A stretch of DNA of 64,000 nt, from contig JBGTLG010000026.1 of NCBI GenBank assembly GCA_041744215.1, positions 15,598 to 79,597 of the forward strand, read 5' to 3'. Below, piece by piece: positions 19,264 through 28,362 of this stretch. The stretch is from Fimbriimonadales bacterium (GTDB taxonomy: Bacteria; Armatimonadota; Fimbriimonadia; Fimbriimonadales; ATM1). Both the position numbers and the translations under genes were made by a program. Every line of letters starts with the position of its first letter. Position 1 is the stretch's first letter. Below the pieces are notes generated by a model, which saw only the letters and a list, made by a program, of their open reading frames with translations, searched no databases and was not told where the DNA came from.

Positions 19264-20850
19264 ATGAGTACTCTCCGACTAAAGTCACGACAGGTTTCGA
19301 AGCCCTCCGATGCGAAGAGGCTTCCGAAAGGCTTCGCCGTAGCAGTTGGCTACTTTTTTGGGGCGTCAGCCCTCTCCCTCGCGCTGCTCGCACACACTGT
19401 CCCTCCGTTCATGCCCGGCAAGATTTTGGGCGTTTTTGCGCTTGTGCTGATAACCATGCTTCTGCACGGCCTGCACTTGCGGCAGTATCCGGTCAAGGGT
19501 GTCAGCGGCTGGGTTACCGACCGGATCATCTGGACCTCTGTCTTCCTGGGCATTGTCGGAATGCAGTTGACCACTCACGCATTGGGTCGGGGCGTAGTCC
19601 AAAGCTCTGAGCTATCGCCTTTAGTCGTGGCTCCGATGCTGGCCGTAGGTTTGCTGGTGAGCGGCTTGCTTGGGCCCGCGAAGGGCATATTGGCCGTCTC
19701 ACTTGCGGCGATGGCTGCAGTTCTGACGCAGGTGTGCCCGGTCGAGTTGATCGTCGGTGGATGGATCACCGCGTCCATTGGGGCGCATGCAGTCAATCCG
19801 CTAAGACAGCGAAACGACCTGATGCGGGCGACCTACGTCACGACCGGCATGTTCGCTCTGCTCGCGCTTGCGATTGCGATGATCACACAACTCCCTTGGC
19901 GAGAAGCTCTACTCTCGTCGTGCTGGGCGGCTCTCGCTGGGTTTGTGTCTGTAGCAGTCTTTTGGCTTTGCGTCGTGCCATTCGAGCGGGCGTTTGGCGT
20001 TGTTTCTGACTGGACCCTTTTGGACTTAATCAATCCAGAACACCCCATTTTGCGGGATCTGGTTATCAAGGCGCCTGGAACATACGCGCATAGCGTCATG
20101 GTTGGCAATCTTGCTGAGCATGCGGCACGCGCGATAGGTGCGAACGCGCTGCTTTGCAGAGCAATGGCTTACTATCACGATATAGGGAAGACCAAACGAC
20201 CCGACTTCTTCATCGAGAACAAAACCGGAGACAATCCGCACGACAGATTGACGCCAGCTCTTAGCGCAAAGATCATCTCTGCTCATGTCAAGGACGGGTT
20301 AAAGCTCGCCGAAGAACACCGGTTGCCGCCAACGATTCGCGATGGCATCGCAGAGCACCATGGCACAAGTCTTATCTCCTACTTTTACTATCTCCACAAG
20401 GAAACGAATCGCGAGAAGGAGCGATCGACCGCGGTGATCGCCAAGGAGATCAGCACGAACGACCCGCTGATGGAGCAGCATTTTCGTTATCCAGGTCCCC
20501 GCCCCAAGACAAAAGAAACCGCTGTATTGTTGCTCGCCGACAGGGTCGAAGCGATAACACGCACCAGACCGCCAGGCTCTCCCGGCCGGGTGCGCGCGCT
20601 GGTATGGGAGATCATTCAAGATGTACGCGAAGATGGCCAACTTGATGACAGCGAGCTGAACTTTAGAGATTTGCAAACTATCGTCGATTCTTTTGCGTCG
20701 TCGCTGGGAGCGCTAAGACACGAACGGATCGACTATCCTGGAGCGAACTTGGATGCAATTGAAGAGGAGTCATCGAGTCCTGGTGTCGAACAGAGTGAAA
20801 AAGGGGCTACGCACCCGGGGCCTGAAGACGGCAATAGCGAAGATGCTTGA
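19264..20850 (+). CDS. 7TM-HD phosphohydrolase (PgpH-like putative c-di-AMP phosphodiesterase)
   Basis: Multi-TM N-terminus; APGTYAHS, YYHDIGK, HHGT, YPGPRP, LAD motifs; upstream of ybeY. Confidence 0.82.
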   Translation: MSTLRLKSRQVSKPSDAKRLPKGFAVAVGYFFGASALSLALLAHTVPPFMPGKILGVFALVLITMLLHGLHLRQYPVKGVSGWVTDRIIWTSVFLGIVGMQLTTHALGRGVVQSSELSPLVVAPMLAVGLLVSGLLGPAKGILAVSLAAMAAVLTQVCPVELIVGGWITASIGAHAVNPLRQRNDLMRATYVTTGMFALLALAIAMITQLPWREALLSSCWAALAGFVSVAVFWLCVVPFERAFGVVSDWTLLDLINPEHPILRDLVIKAPGTYAHSVMVGNLAEHAARAIGANALLCRAMAYYHDIGKTKRPDFFIENKTGDNPHDRLTPALSAKIISAHVKDGLKLAEEHRLPPTIRDGIAEHHGTSLISYFYYLHKETNREKERSTAVIAKEISTNDPLMEQHFRYPGPRPKTKETAVLLLADRVEAITRTRPPGSPGRVRALVWEIIQDVREDGQLDDSELNFRDLQTIVDSFASSLGALRHERIDYPGANLDAIEEESSSPGVEQSEKGATHPGPEDGNSEDA

Positions 20851-21232
20851 ATCTGAAGATCAGCCTCCAGCTGAGATATCTGTGTTGATCGAGAACGCTG
20901 AAGAAATTCGGCGGCTAAATCGGGAGTTTCGAGGCATCGACTCGCAAACCGATGTCCTCTCTTTCCCTGTATCGGCTGCGCCGGAGGTCACTTCGCATCG
21001 CGTTCTTGGAGATATAGCAATCTCGCTTGACGCTGCGATTGCAGGCGCGAATGAGCGTAACACGGACTTAGAAACTGAGCTCGCGTGCCTGGCAGTGCAT
21101 GGCGCGCTGCATCTCATCGGCTACGACGATGTTACCGACAGTTCTCGCGGAGTAATGATCTCGAAGATGAACGAGGCAGTCCGTGCTGCTGGTATGGAAC
21201 CTGCGGAGGAGTGGGCATCACTTCCACATTAG
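20753..21232 (+). CDS. ybeY: rRNA maturation endoribonuclease YbeY (start uncertain)
   Basis: TDVLSF, LGDI, HGALHLIGYD. Confidence 0.9.
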   Translation: MQLKRSHRVLVSNRVKKGLRTRGLKTAIAKMLESEDQPPAEISVLIENAEEIRRLNREFRGIDSQTDVLSFPVSAAPEVTSHRVLGDIAISLDAAIAGANERNTDLETELACLAVHGALHLIGYDDVTDSSRGVMISKMNEAVRAAGMEPAEEWASLPH

Positions 21233-21234
21233 CT

Positions 21235-21942
21235 ATGGGACACAACTTCCTCAGGCCATTCGCTGTCGCAGTAAACGGAATCGTTTACGCGTTCAAAACT
21301 CAGCGTCACATGCGCTTCCATTTGTACGCTGTCGTCTCCGTGATCCTGCTTGGTATGCTCATGAACCTGCGACTTCGCGAAATGATGATCCTGCTGTTCA
21401 TGATTAGCTTTGTTGTTGTTGCCGAAATGTTTAACTCCGCTATCGAGGCAGTTGTGGATCTCGCCCACCCAACCTATCATCCACTTGCGAAGTTCGCGAA
21501 AGACATGGCTGCAGGATCAGTCCTGGTGACAACAGTCTGCGCGCTTGTTGTTGCGTTGCTCCTTTTCGTAGGCGATGGCAGGTGGGAAGAGATTACTCTG
21601 CTGCTTGCCTCTCCCGAAGCGCAGCAAGGTTGGCTTGGGCGATTCTTCCTGGGTGGCCTTGCACTGTTTTTCTTGATCGTCATCGGAAAAGGGCTTGGCA
21701 AGAGAGGACAAGTACTCCGGGGGGGGTTAGTTTCAGGACATGCTGCGTACTCGTTTTTCTTTGCCGGGGCGGTGGTCTTCCTCAGTGGAAACGCTGCTGC
21801 CGCGGCTCTCGCGATTCTGCTAGCCGTTATGGTGGCGCAGAGCAGATGGGAGGCTCGTATTCACTCGTTGTTCGAACTCGGCACGGGCGCGACGCTCGGT
21901 AGCCTTATGTCGTTGGTGTTGTTTGGACTAGGTGCCAGATGA
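21235..21942 (+). CDS. dgkA: Diacylglycerol/undecaprenol kinase with C-terminal PAP2-like domain
   Basis: EMFNSAIEAVVD, AKDMAAG; SGHAA...QSR...IHS. Confidence 0.85.
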   Translation: MGHNFLRPFAVAVNGIVYAFKTQRHMRFHLYAVVSVILLGMLMNLRLREMMILLFMISFVVVAEMFNSAIEAVVDLAHPTYHPLAKFAKDMAAGSVLVTTVCALVVALLLFVGDGRWEEITLLLASPEAQQGWLGRFFLGGLALFFLIVIGKGLGKRGQVLRGGLVSGHAAYSFFFAGAVVFLSGNAAAAALAILLAVMVAQSRWEARIHSLFELGTGATLGSLMSLVLFGLGAR

Positions 21943-23369
21943 AGAAGATAAGGTTTGACTTTGGCTATGCGCTCGCTATTGCTTCGACTTTCCTAGCGAT
22001 TGCCATGATGTTCCACCGTGGTAGCGAAGCGTTCATTGCATCCGCCTCAGGTTGGAACGTTACGTTTTCTGAGGCGAGCGTCGCAATTGCGCTGGTGTTT
22101 GCGCTCATGGTTGTGAATGCGCTCTTCCACGCAGCTGAAGCTGCTTTGACGGGTCTACGCAGATCTCGCATCGACGACCTAAAAGAGAACGGTGATCCCT
22201 CAGCAAAACGCCTTGAGCACCTTCAGCGCGAATCGCATGCGTACTTTGCGACGTGTCAAGTTGGATTTCAGGTCGCACGAGTGGGAATTGTCACCGCTGC
22301 GGTGCTTGCTGCGCCTCCATTGGCGATACTGCTTAGCGGGTCCAATCCGCCTGGGGCGGTCTGGATGGTCGTTGGGATACTGGTGCTGATAACGGCCGTC
22401 GCACTCATCAATCTGGCGTTCGTTGAGTTGCTTTTCCGGGGAATTGCTCGCAAGAATCCTGAGAATTGGGGCCGCAGGCTGTACGGCTTCCTTCGCTCGA
22501 TGCGCGTACTGCTCGCGCCGCTCGTATGGCTTGTCAAGGTCGTTGGTTCCGGGATCGCTCGGCGGTTTGGCATTGGGCCCCTCTTTGCCCCGGTGATGAT
22601 TACTGAAGAACAGTTGATCGAACTCGTCGAAGCTTCAGAGCAATCTGGTGAACTAATGGAAGACGAGAAGGAGATGATCCACTCGATCATCGAGTTCAGC
22701 GATACCGTCGCCCGAGAAGTTATGACCCCGAGGACAGACGTCGACGCAGTTGAAGTGACGGCCACACCGACCGAAGTTGCTAAAGTCATTAGAGACACAG
22801 GACACACCCGCATTCCAATATACGAGGAATCGATTGATCGAATCGTAGGAATCGTCCACGCAAAGGACCTGCTTCAGGCGTTACTCGAAGGGAACGGCGT
22901 GAGCCTCAGGGATATCATGCGCGAACCGTACATCATCCCTGAGAGCAAAGACTTGCATCAGCTACTTGGCGAATTTCGAAGCGGACGCACGCAGATGGCA
23001 ATCGTACAAGACGAGTTCGGGGGAACCGCCGGCATTGTGACGATCGAGGATTTAGTTGAGGAAATCGTTGGCGACATCGTCGACGAGTATGACGTCGAGG
23101 AAGCGGATATCCAAGAAGTCGGTGAGGGATTGTGGCTGATAGACGGCCGGACACATGTCGACGACGTAAACGACGAGATTGGCTCTAAGTTTGAAAGCGA
23201 AGAGTTCGACACTATCGGTGGATATGTGTTCGGGCTTTTTGGCAGACAGCCGGAAGAGGGCGAGTGCATTGATTCCAATCTTTGGGAATTAGAAGTGGCC
23301 GAAACTGACGGGCGGCGTGTTGTCAAAGTGCGCGCAAAGCGAAAACCGGCTGTGGAAAACCTTGTCTAA
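21939..23369 (+). CDS. Hemolysin/CNNM-CBS-CorC family membrane protein
   Basis: DUF21-type TMs, VMTPR, CBS pair, DEFGGTAGIVTIEDLVEEIVG. Confidence 0.9.
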   Translation: MKKIRFDFGYALAIASTFLAIAMMFHRGSEAFIASASGWNVTFSEASVAIALVFALMVVNALFHAAEAALTGLRRSRIDDLKENGDPSAKRLEHLQRESHAYFATCQVGFQVARVGIVTAAVLAAPPLAILLSGSNPPGAVWMVVGILVLITAVALINLAFVELLFRGIARKNPENWGRRLYGFLRSMRVLLAPLVWLVKVVGSGIARRFGIGPLFAPVMITEEQLIELVEASEQSGELMEDEKEMIHSIIEFSDTVAREVMTPRTDVDAVEVTATPTEVAKVIRDTGHTRIPIYEESIDRIVGIVHAKDLLQALLEGNGVSLRDIMREPYIIPESKDLHQLLGEFRSGRTQMAIVQDEFGGTAGIVTIEDLVEEIVGDIVDEYDVEEADIQEVGEGLWLIDGRTHVDDVNDEIGSKFESEEFDTIGGYVFGLFGRQPEEGECIDSNLWELEVAETDGRRVVKVRAKRKPAVENLV

Positions 23370-24417
23370 GTCGTCGGTCGTCGAGATTGACGGCACACAC
23401 GGTGAGGGAGGTGGATCGGTTGTGAGGACTGCGCTCGCGATGTCGTCGCTGACTGGCCAGGCTGTAGCTATCAAGAGTGTTCGTGGCGGATTGCGAAAGC
23501 CAGGTGTGAATGCCGTCGATTGCGCGATTGCGGCCGCATTGGGATCCTCTACGGACGCAGAAGTCAGCGCTGGCTTGGGAGACGATGTCATTCTCTTCGC
23601 GCCTCGAAAGCACCTGTCGCCGTATCGTGATCGGCTCGATCTGAATCAGCTCGCGAAGGGAAGTCAGCCAGGCAGTGCGCCTCTTATACTGCAATCACTT
23701 TTGCCAGCTCTTGCGCGGGCAGGTGGGGTCAGCCGAGTCACCTGTCGCGGCGGCACACATGTTCCCTTTGCACCAACGTATGATTACTTCAGGCTCGTTG
23801 CGCTCCCTGCCATGGCTCGACTCGGAATCTATGCTGCTGCGTCGATTGAGTCTGCGGGGTACAGTCATAGAGGCGGTGGAGACGTATCGCTTGAGATCGA
23901 ACCAAGCGCGCTGAACGGCTTCGAGTTTCAAAAGCGAGGCGAGTTGCTGTCGATTCGCGCCGCGGTCGTCATTAGCGAGTTGCCCGAAGCGGTTGGCATA
24001 CGCGGAGTGAAACGCATCGAGGAGGTTGCGAAGCGACAAGCGCTTGATGTGAGGTGCGAGTTGCTTAAGATTCGATCGTCAACTCCCGGCGCGGCCGTCA
24101 CTCTCGCTGCGGAGTTCGAGAATGGATTCGGAGGTTCGCAGTCGTTAGGAGAACGCGGGAAACCGATGGAAGATGTTGCGGATGATGCCATCTTTGAACT
24201 CGTTCACTGGATCAACTCCGACGCGGGTACAGACGAGTTTCTATCTGACCAGATCTTGTTGCCAGCAGTTCTAAGCCGTGAGAGTTGCGCTTTCACAACT
24301 TCCAGAGTTACGCCGACACTCACGACGACAGCGTGGGTCATCAAACAATTCATGCCGGCTAGAATCACGATCATCGGCAAAGAAGGAGAACGCGGCGAAG
24401 TGACGGTCACGCCGTAG
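23362..24417 (+). CDS. rtcA: RNA 3'-terminal phosphate cyclase-like protein, probably catalytically degenerate
   Basis: IDGxxGEGGG, GGT, DEFLSDQ; the catalytic His position reads Thr. Confidence 0.8.
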   Translation: MSKSSVVEIDGTHGEGGGSVVRTALAMSSLTGQAVAIKSVRGGLRKPGVNAVDCAIAAALGSSTDAEVSAGLGDDVILFAPRKHLSPYRDRLDLNQLAKGSQPGSAPLILQSLLPALARAGGVSRVTCRGGTHVPFAPTYDYFRLVALPAMARLGIYAAASIESAGYSHRGGGDVSLEIEPSALNGFEFQKRGELLSIRAAVVISELPEAVGIRGVKRIEEVAKRQALDVRCELLKIRSSTPGAAVTLAAEFENGFGGSQSLGERGKPMEDVADDAIFELVHWINSDAGTDEFLSDQILLPAVLSRESCAFTTSRVTPTLTTTAWVIKQFMPARITIIGKEGERGEVTVTP

Positions 24418-24450
24418 CTTCGCGCTGCATGCGCATAGCACGCCTCGAGG

Positions 24451-26631
24451 CTACTCCGGCCCGCTCGCCGGGCAAATCTTTACAACAGATTTCTTAAACT
24501 CAGGAATCTTGCTCAAGGGGTCGAGCGCACGTTGGGTCAGGTTGTTTGCAGACCGTTTGCCAGGCCAGTGATAGGGAATGAAGATCGTGTCCGGGCGAAT
24601 CGTCGTAACGACTTTCGCTTTTAGGACAACGTGACCGCGCCGACTCTCTACGCGCATCCACTCACCATCCGTAATGCCGTGCTCTTGCGCGAGCGTTGGA
24701 TGGATCTCCACATAAGGATCAGGGCACAGGTCGACAAGTCCGCCAATTCTGCGCGTTTGTGTCCCGCTGAGATAATGTGAGACGACGCGCCCAGTCGTCA
24801 GAATAATTGGGTACTCATCGTCGGGCTCTTCTGCAGACGGTCGATGTGCGATCGGATGCAAGTGCGCCTTTCCGTCTGGCGTGTGAAACTTTAAGTCTTC
24901 AAACAATCGCGGCGTGCCAGGATGACCAATCTCTGGGCACGGCCAGAACACACCCATCTCGGTCTCGATTCGCTCGTAGGTTATTCCGTAATAGTCCGCC
25001 GTACCGCCTTTGCTCGCGACGCGAAGCTCATTGAAGATGTCTTCGGAGTTATTGTACTGGAAGTACTGTCCGCGACCCAATCGCTTTGCAAGTTCAAGAA
25101 TGATCTCAGTATCTGCCTTCGAGTCCCCAGGTGGATCAACAGCTTTTCTAATTCGAATCACCCGTCCCTCTGCGCTAGTACTCGTACCCTCTTCTTCTTC
25201 GTGCAGCGATCCGGCAAGTACGATGTCGGCGTGATGCGCGGTTTCGTTTAGAAAGAAGTCGATGGCCGTATAGTGCTCGAGTCTCGAAAGTGCTTCGCGC
25301 GTGAAATGTGAATCTGGAAGAGAGACAAGTGGATTGAAGCAGATCGAGATCAGCGCTTTGATTTCTCCGGCATGGATCATATTCATGATCTCTTGAGCTG
25401 TGTTGCCCTTCCCCGGAAGTTCTTCTTCGGGAATGCCCCACACTTCACAGATGTATTTTCGGTGTTCCGGATTCGTTATGTCCCGATTGCCGGGAAGTTG
25501 ATCGCATTTGTGACCATGCTCTCGACCACCTTGGCCATTGCCTTGTCCTGTGATCGTTCCGTAACCGCAGCCGGGTTTGCCGAGTCTTCCTGTTGCAAGC
25601 ACGAGGTTTATGCAAGCGAGCACATTGTCGACGCCTTTTGTATGATGTTCAATTCCCCGTGCGTGCAATAGAAAACTCGTTTTTGCCTCGCCCCACATTT
25701 TTCCGGCGCGAACGATGTCATCCACTTTTACTCCGCTGATAAGACTCGCATCTTCGAGCGATTGCGCGAGCGCGGCGGCTTTCGTTTCTTCCCATCCGCT
25801 CGTGTGCTGCGCAATGAACTCTTCATTCGCGTGGCCCTCTTCAATCATAACACGTAGAATCCCGATTAGTAGCGCCGAATCCGCGCCAGGACGTACCGGA
25901 AGGTGCAAATCGGCGGTCCGCGCCATCGGTGTCACCCGCGGGTCGATCATGATGAGTTGGGCGCCACGGTCGCGCGCGCGCCATATGTAGTCCGTTGTAA
26001 TCGGAGCACATTCTGCGACGTTCGTGCCCGCACAGAGAATCACATCGGCGAGCAGAATGTCCTCCCAATAGTTTGCGGCGCGGTCGATACCAAATGCCTT
26101 TTTGTTTCCGGTGCCTGCGCTAACCATGCAGAGTCGCCCATTGTAGTCGAGCTCCTGTGTTTGAAGTGCAACACGCGCGAACTTGCCGATCAGATAGCTT
26201 TTCTCGTTTGTCAGTGAGACCCCTGAGAGGAGTGCAACCGCGTTCTTGCCGTACTGCTGCTGTACCCGCTGAATCTCGCGCACCGTGGTCGAAAAGGCCT
26301 CCTCCCAAGATATCGGCGCGAAGCCCGTTCCGTCGACTCGTTTCAGCGGACTTAGCAGCCGGTCGGGGTGATTGCCTTGCATGTATCGCTTCACACCCTT
26401 AGGACAAAGTTTGCCTTTATTAAACGGAAACTCCTCCCAAGGTTCAAATCCAATCACCTTGTTGTCGCGAACCTTAAGCTGAATGCCGCACTGTTGACCG
26501 CAAAAGCAGCAGTGAGTCTTGATCAGCTTTTCGGGCGCGCCGCGCCCTCTCCAACCACCAGGCGGCTCATAGTTGAGGTGCGGTCCCCATTTTTCGACGA
26601 GGCTCTCGATTGCTACGGGCGGCTTTGCCAT
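24451..26631 (-). CDS. Molybdopterin oxidoreductase, NasA/NasC-type nitrate reductase catalytic subunit
   Basis: HCCFCGQQCG...LCPKG 4Fe-4S site, NGRLCM, GQGNGQGGRE, DPLSKIPEFK; no Tat signal. Confidence 0.85.
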   Translation of the reverse strand: MAKPPVAIESLVEKWGPHLNYEPPGGWRGRGAPEKLIKTHCCFCGQQCGIQLKVRDNKVIGFEPWEEFPFNKGKLCPKGVKRYMQGNHPDRLLSPLKRVDGTGFAPISWEEAFSTTVREIQRVQQQYGKNAVALLSGVSLTNEKSYLIGKFARVALQTQELDYNGRLCMVSAGTGNKKAFGIDRAANYWEDILLADVILCAGTNVAECAPITTDYIWRARDRGAQLIMIDPRVTPMARTADLHLPVRPGADSALLIGILRVMIEEGHANEEFIAQHTSGWEETKAAALAQSLEDASLISGVKVDDIVRAGKMWGEAKTSFLLHARGIEHHTKGVDNVLACINLVLATGRLGKPGCGYGTITGQGNGQGGREHGHKCDQLPGNRDITNPEHRKYICEVWGIPEEELPGKGNTAQEIMNMIHAGEIKALISICFNPLVSLPDSHFTREALSRLEHYTAIDFFLNETAHHADIVLAGSLHEEEEGTSTSAEGRVIRIRKAVDPPGDSKADTEIILELAKRLGRGQYFQYNNSEDIFNELRVASKGGTADYYGITYERIETEMGVFWPCPEIGHPGTPRLFEDLKFHTPDGKAHLHPIAHRPSAEEPDDEYPIILTTGRVVSHYLSGTQTRRIGGLVDLCPDPYVEIHPTLAQEHGITDGEWMRVESRRGHVVLKAKVVTTIRPDTIFIPYHWPGKRSANNLTQRALDPLSKIPEFKKSVVKICPASGPE

Positions 26632-26705
26632 TTGTCTATCTTAGTCGATTTCTTTGAAACTCGACTCACTTACCGTGATAAAAAGTCGTGGTAGAACTGT
26701 GTGCG

Positions 26706-28058
26706 ATGCATGACGGAAGAGTACAATGGACGTCGAGACTAGTTTTCATACTCGCGGCTGCGGGGTCGGCCGTCGGCTTGGGCAACATTTGGCGATTTTC
26801 GTATGCCGCGGGAACAGAGGGCGGCGGTGCATTCATTTTGATTTACCTCGCCGCGGCAGTATTCATAGGCTATCCGCTGTTGGTCACGGAGATTTCGATC
26901 GGAAGATCAACACGACGGAACCCAATCGGTGCGATCAAGGCCCTCGCCCCGGGCGCGCCTTGATGGCTGATCGGCGCAATCGGAGTACTCAGCGCTTTCG
27001 TAATCCTGTCTTACTATTCCGTCGTCGCTGGCTGGGCGCTTGCCTACACGGTTGAATCTTTACGCGGGCTCTACTTGCCGGGAGTCGATCATGCCGAGCA
27101 TTTCGCTAATCACACCAGGCAGCCGTTTGCACCGATTGCATGGCATGCGCTGTTTATGGCGATTACGATCGGCATCATTTCGATGGGTGTGGTGAAGGGA
27201 ATTCAGCGTACTGTGCAAGTCTTGATGCCGATACTCTTTGTGCTGGTAGTTGTGATTATGGTTCGGTCAGTCACTCTCCCGGGCGCAGCAGAGGGAATCA
27301 GTTTCATCCTGCTCCCAGACTTTGGTGAGGTCACTCCGTTAACGTTTTTGCACGCAATTGCTCAAGCATTTTTTACGATTAGCCTTGGCATGGGCGCGAT
27401 GATCACTTATGGTAGTTACCTTCGCAAACAGGATGCCGTACCGAGCAGTGCAGGGGCAATCATTGGCATCGATACGGCAGTCGCTATCATCGCTGGGTTC
27501 GCAATCTTTCCAGCCGTTTTTGCGTTCGGCTTCGATCCGGCGGCCGGCCCGGGACTTGCGTTCATCACCCTGCCAGGTGTGTTTACAGAGATGCCGCTCG
27601 GCGCACTCTTTGGCTTTCTGTTCTTTTTATTGCTCAGTATCGCCGCACTGACTTCCTCCATCTCGCTCCTGGAAGTCGTCGTTTCATGGCTAAAAGACGA
27701 GTACAAGTGGAAGCGTGGAAAGGCGGCTCTCCTGGTCGGCATTGCTATGTTTCTCATCGGCATTTTGCCGAGCCTTGGATACAGCCTACTGAGTGATGTT
27801 CGAATTCTTGGCATGGACATCTTAGACTCGTACGACTGGTTCGCTACCAGTGTTCTTCTGCCGCTGGGCGGGCTATTGACAATCCTATTCGCTGGCTACG
27901 TTTGGGGGGCGAAGAACCTAAGTGACGAAGCCAACATTGGCACAGGAAGGCTGCGGTTCGGCCCGGGGCGCGGATTCAGATTTCTAATCAAAGTCCTTGT
28001 CCCCCTCGCCGTGTTAGCGGTTTTGATTGCTGGGCTATACGAACGCTTTCATAGTTAG
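26706..28058 (+). pseudogene. Sodium-dependent (NSS/SNF family) transporter interrupted by one in-frame TGA at 26961-26963
   Basis: GSAVGLGNIWRF and GGGAF, then ...GAP*WLIGAIG...LSYYSVVAGW continuing in frame into ORF 27075..28058. Confidence 0.8.
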
Positions 28059-28317
28059 CGTGCAGACACGTCGCTATTTGAAGCGCATCATAGCGAAGGG
28101 GTAACTGCGGAGTTGAGAATGGCCAGGAGACAGAACAAATGGCCGCAGGGCACCAAGATCATTCCGTAGCTAGATCGCCTGATGCAGCGACAGCGGATCA
28201 GCTCCCGTCGCGCGGAAGTGAATCCTTTCATTGGCATCTTCGCCTGGAAGGCGATGACTGAGACACCCGTCCATCCAGAAAGCAGACACTCAGCCCGATC
28301 GCATTCCGTCAACTTAA

Positions 28318-28333
28318 CATGATCGCGATCATA
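28318..28333. promoter_or_regulatory. Crp/Fnr-type palindromic operator CATGATCGCGATCATA
   Basis: TGAT-N4-ATCA core upstream of narK; identical copy at 35625. Confidence 0.7.
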
Positions 28334-28362
28334 TCGCTGGGTCGTAAAGAGGCGATAGTCTT

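Noticed and set aside
26961-27000. Selenocysteine recoding of the in-frame TGA
   Set aside because: The position corresponds to Trp rather than Cys, and there is no convincing SECIS hairpin
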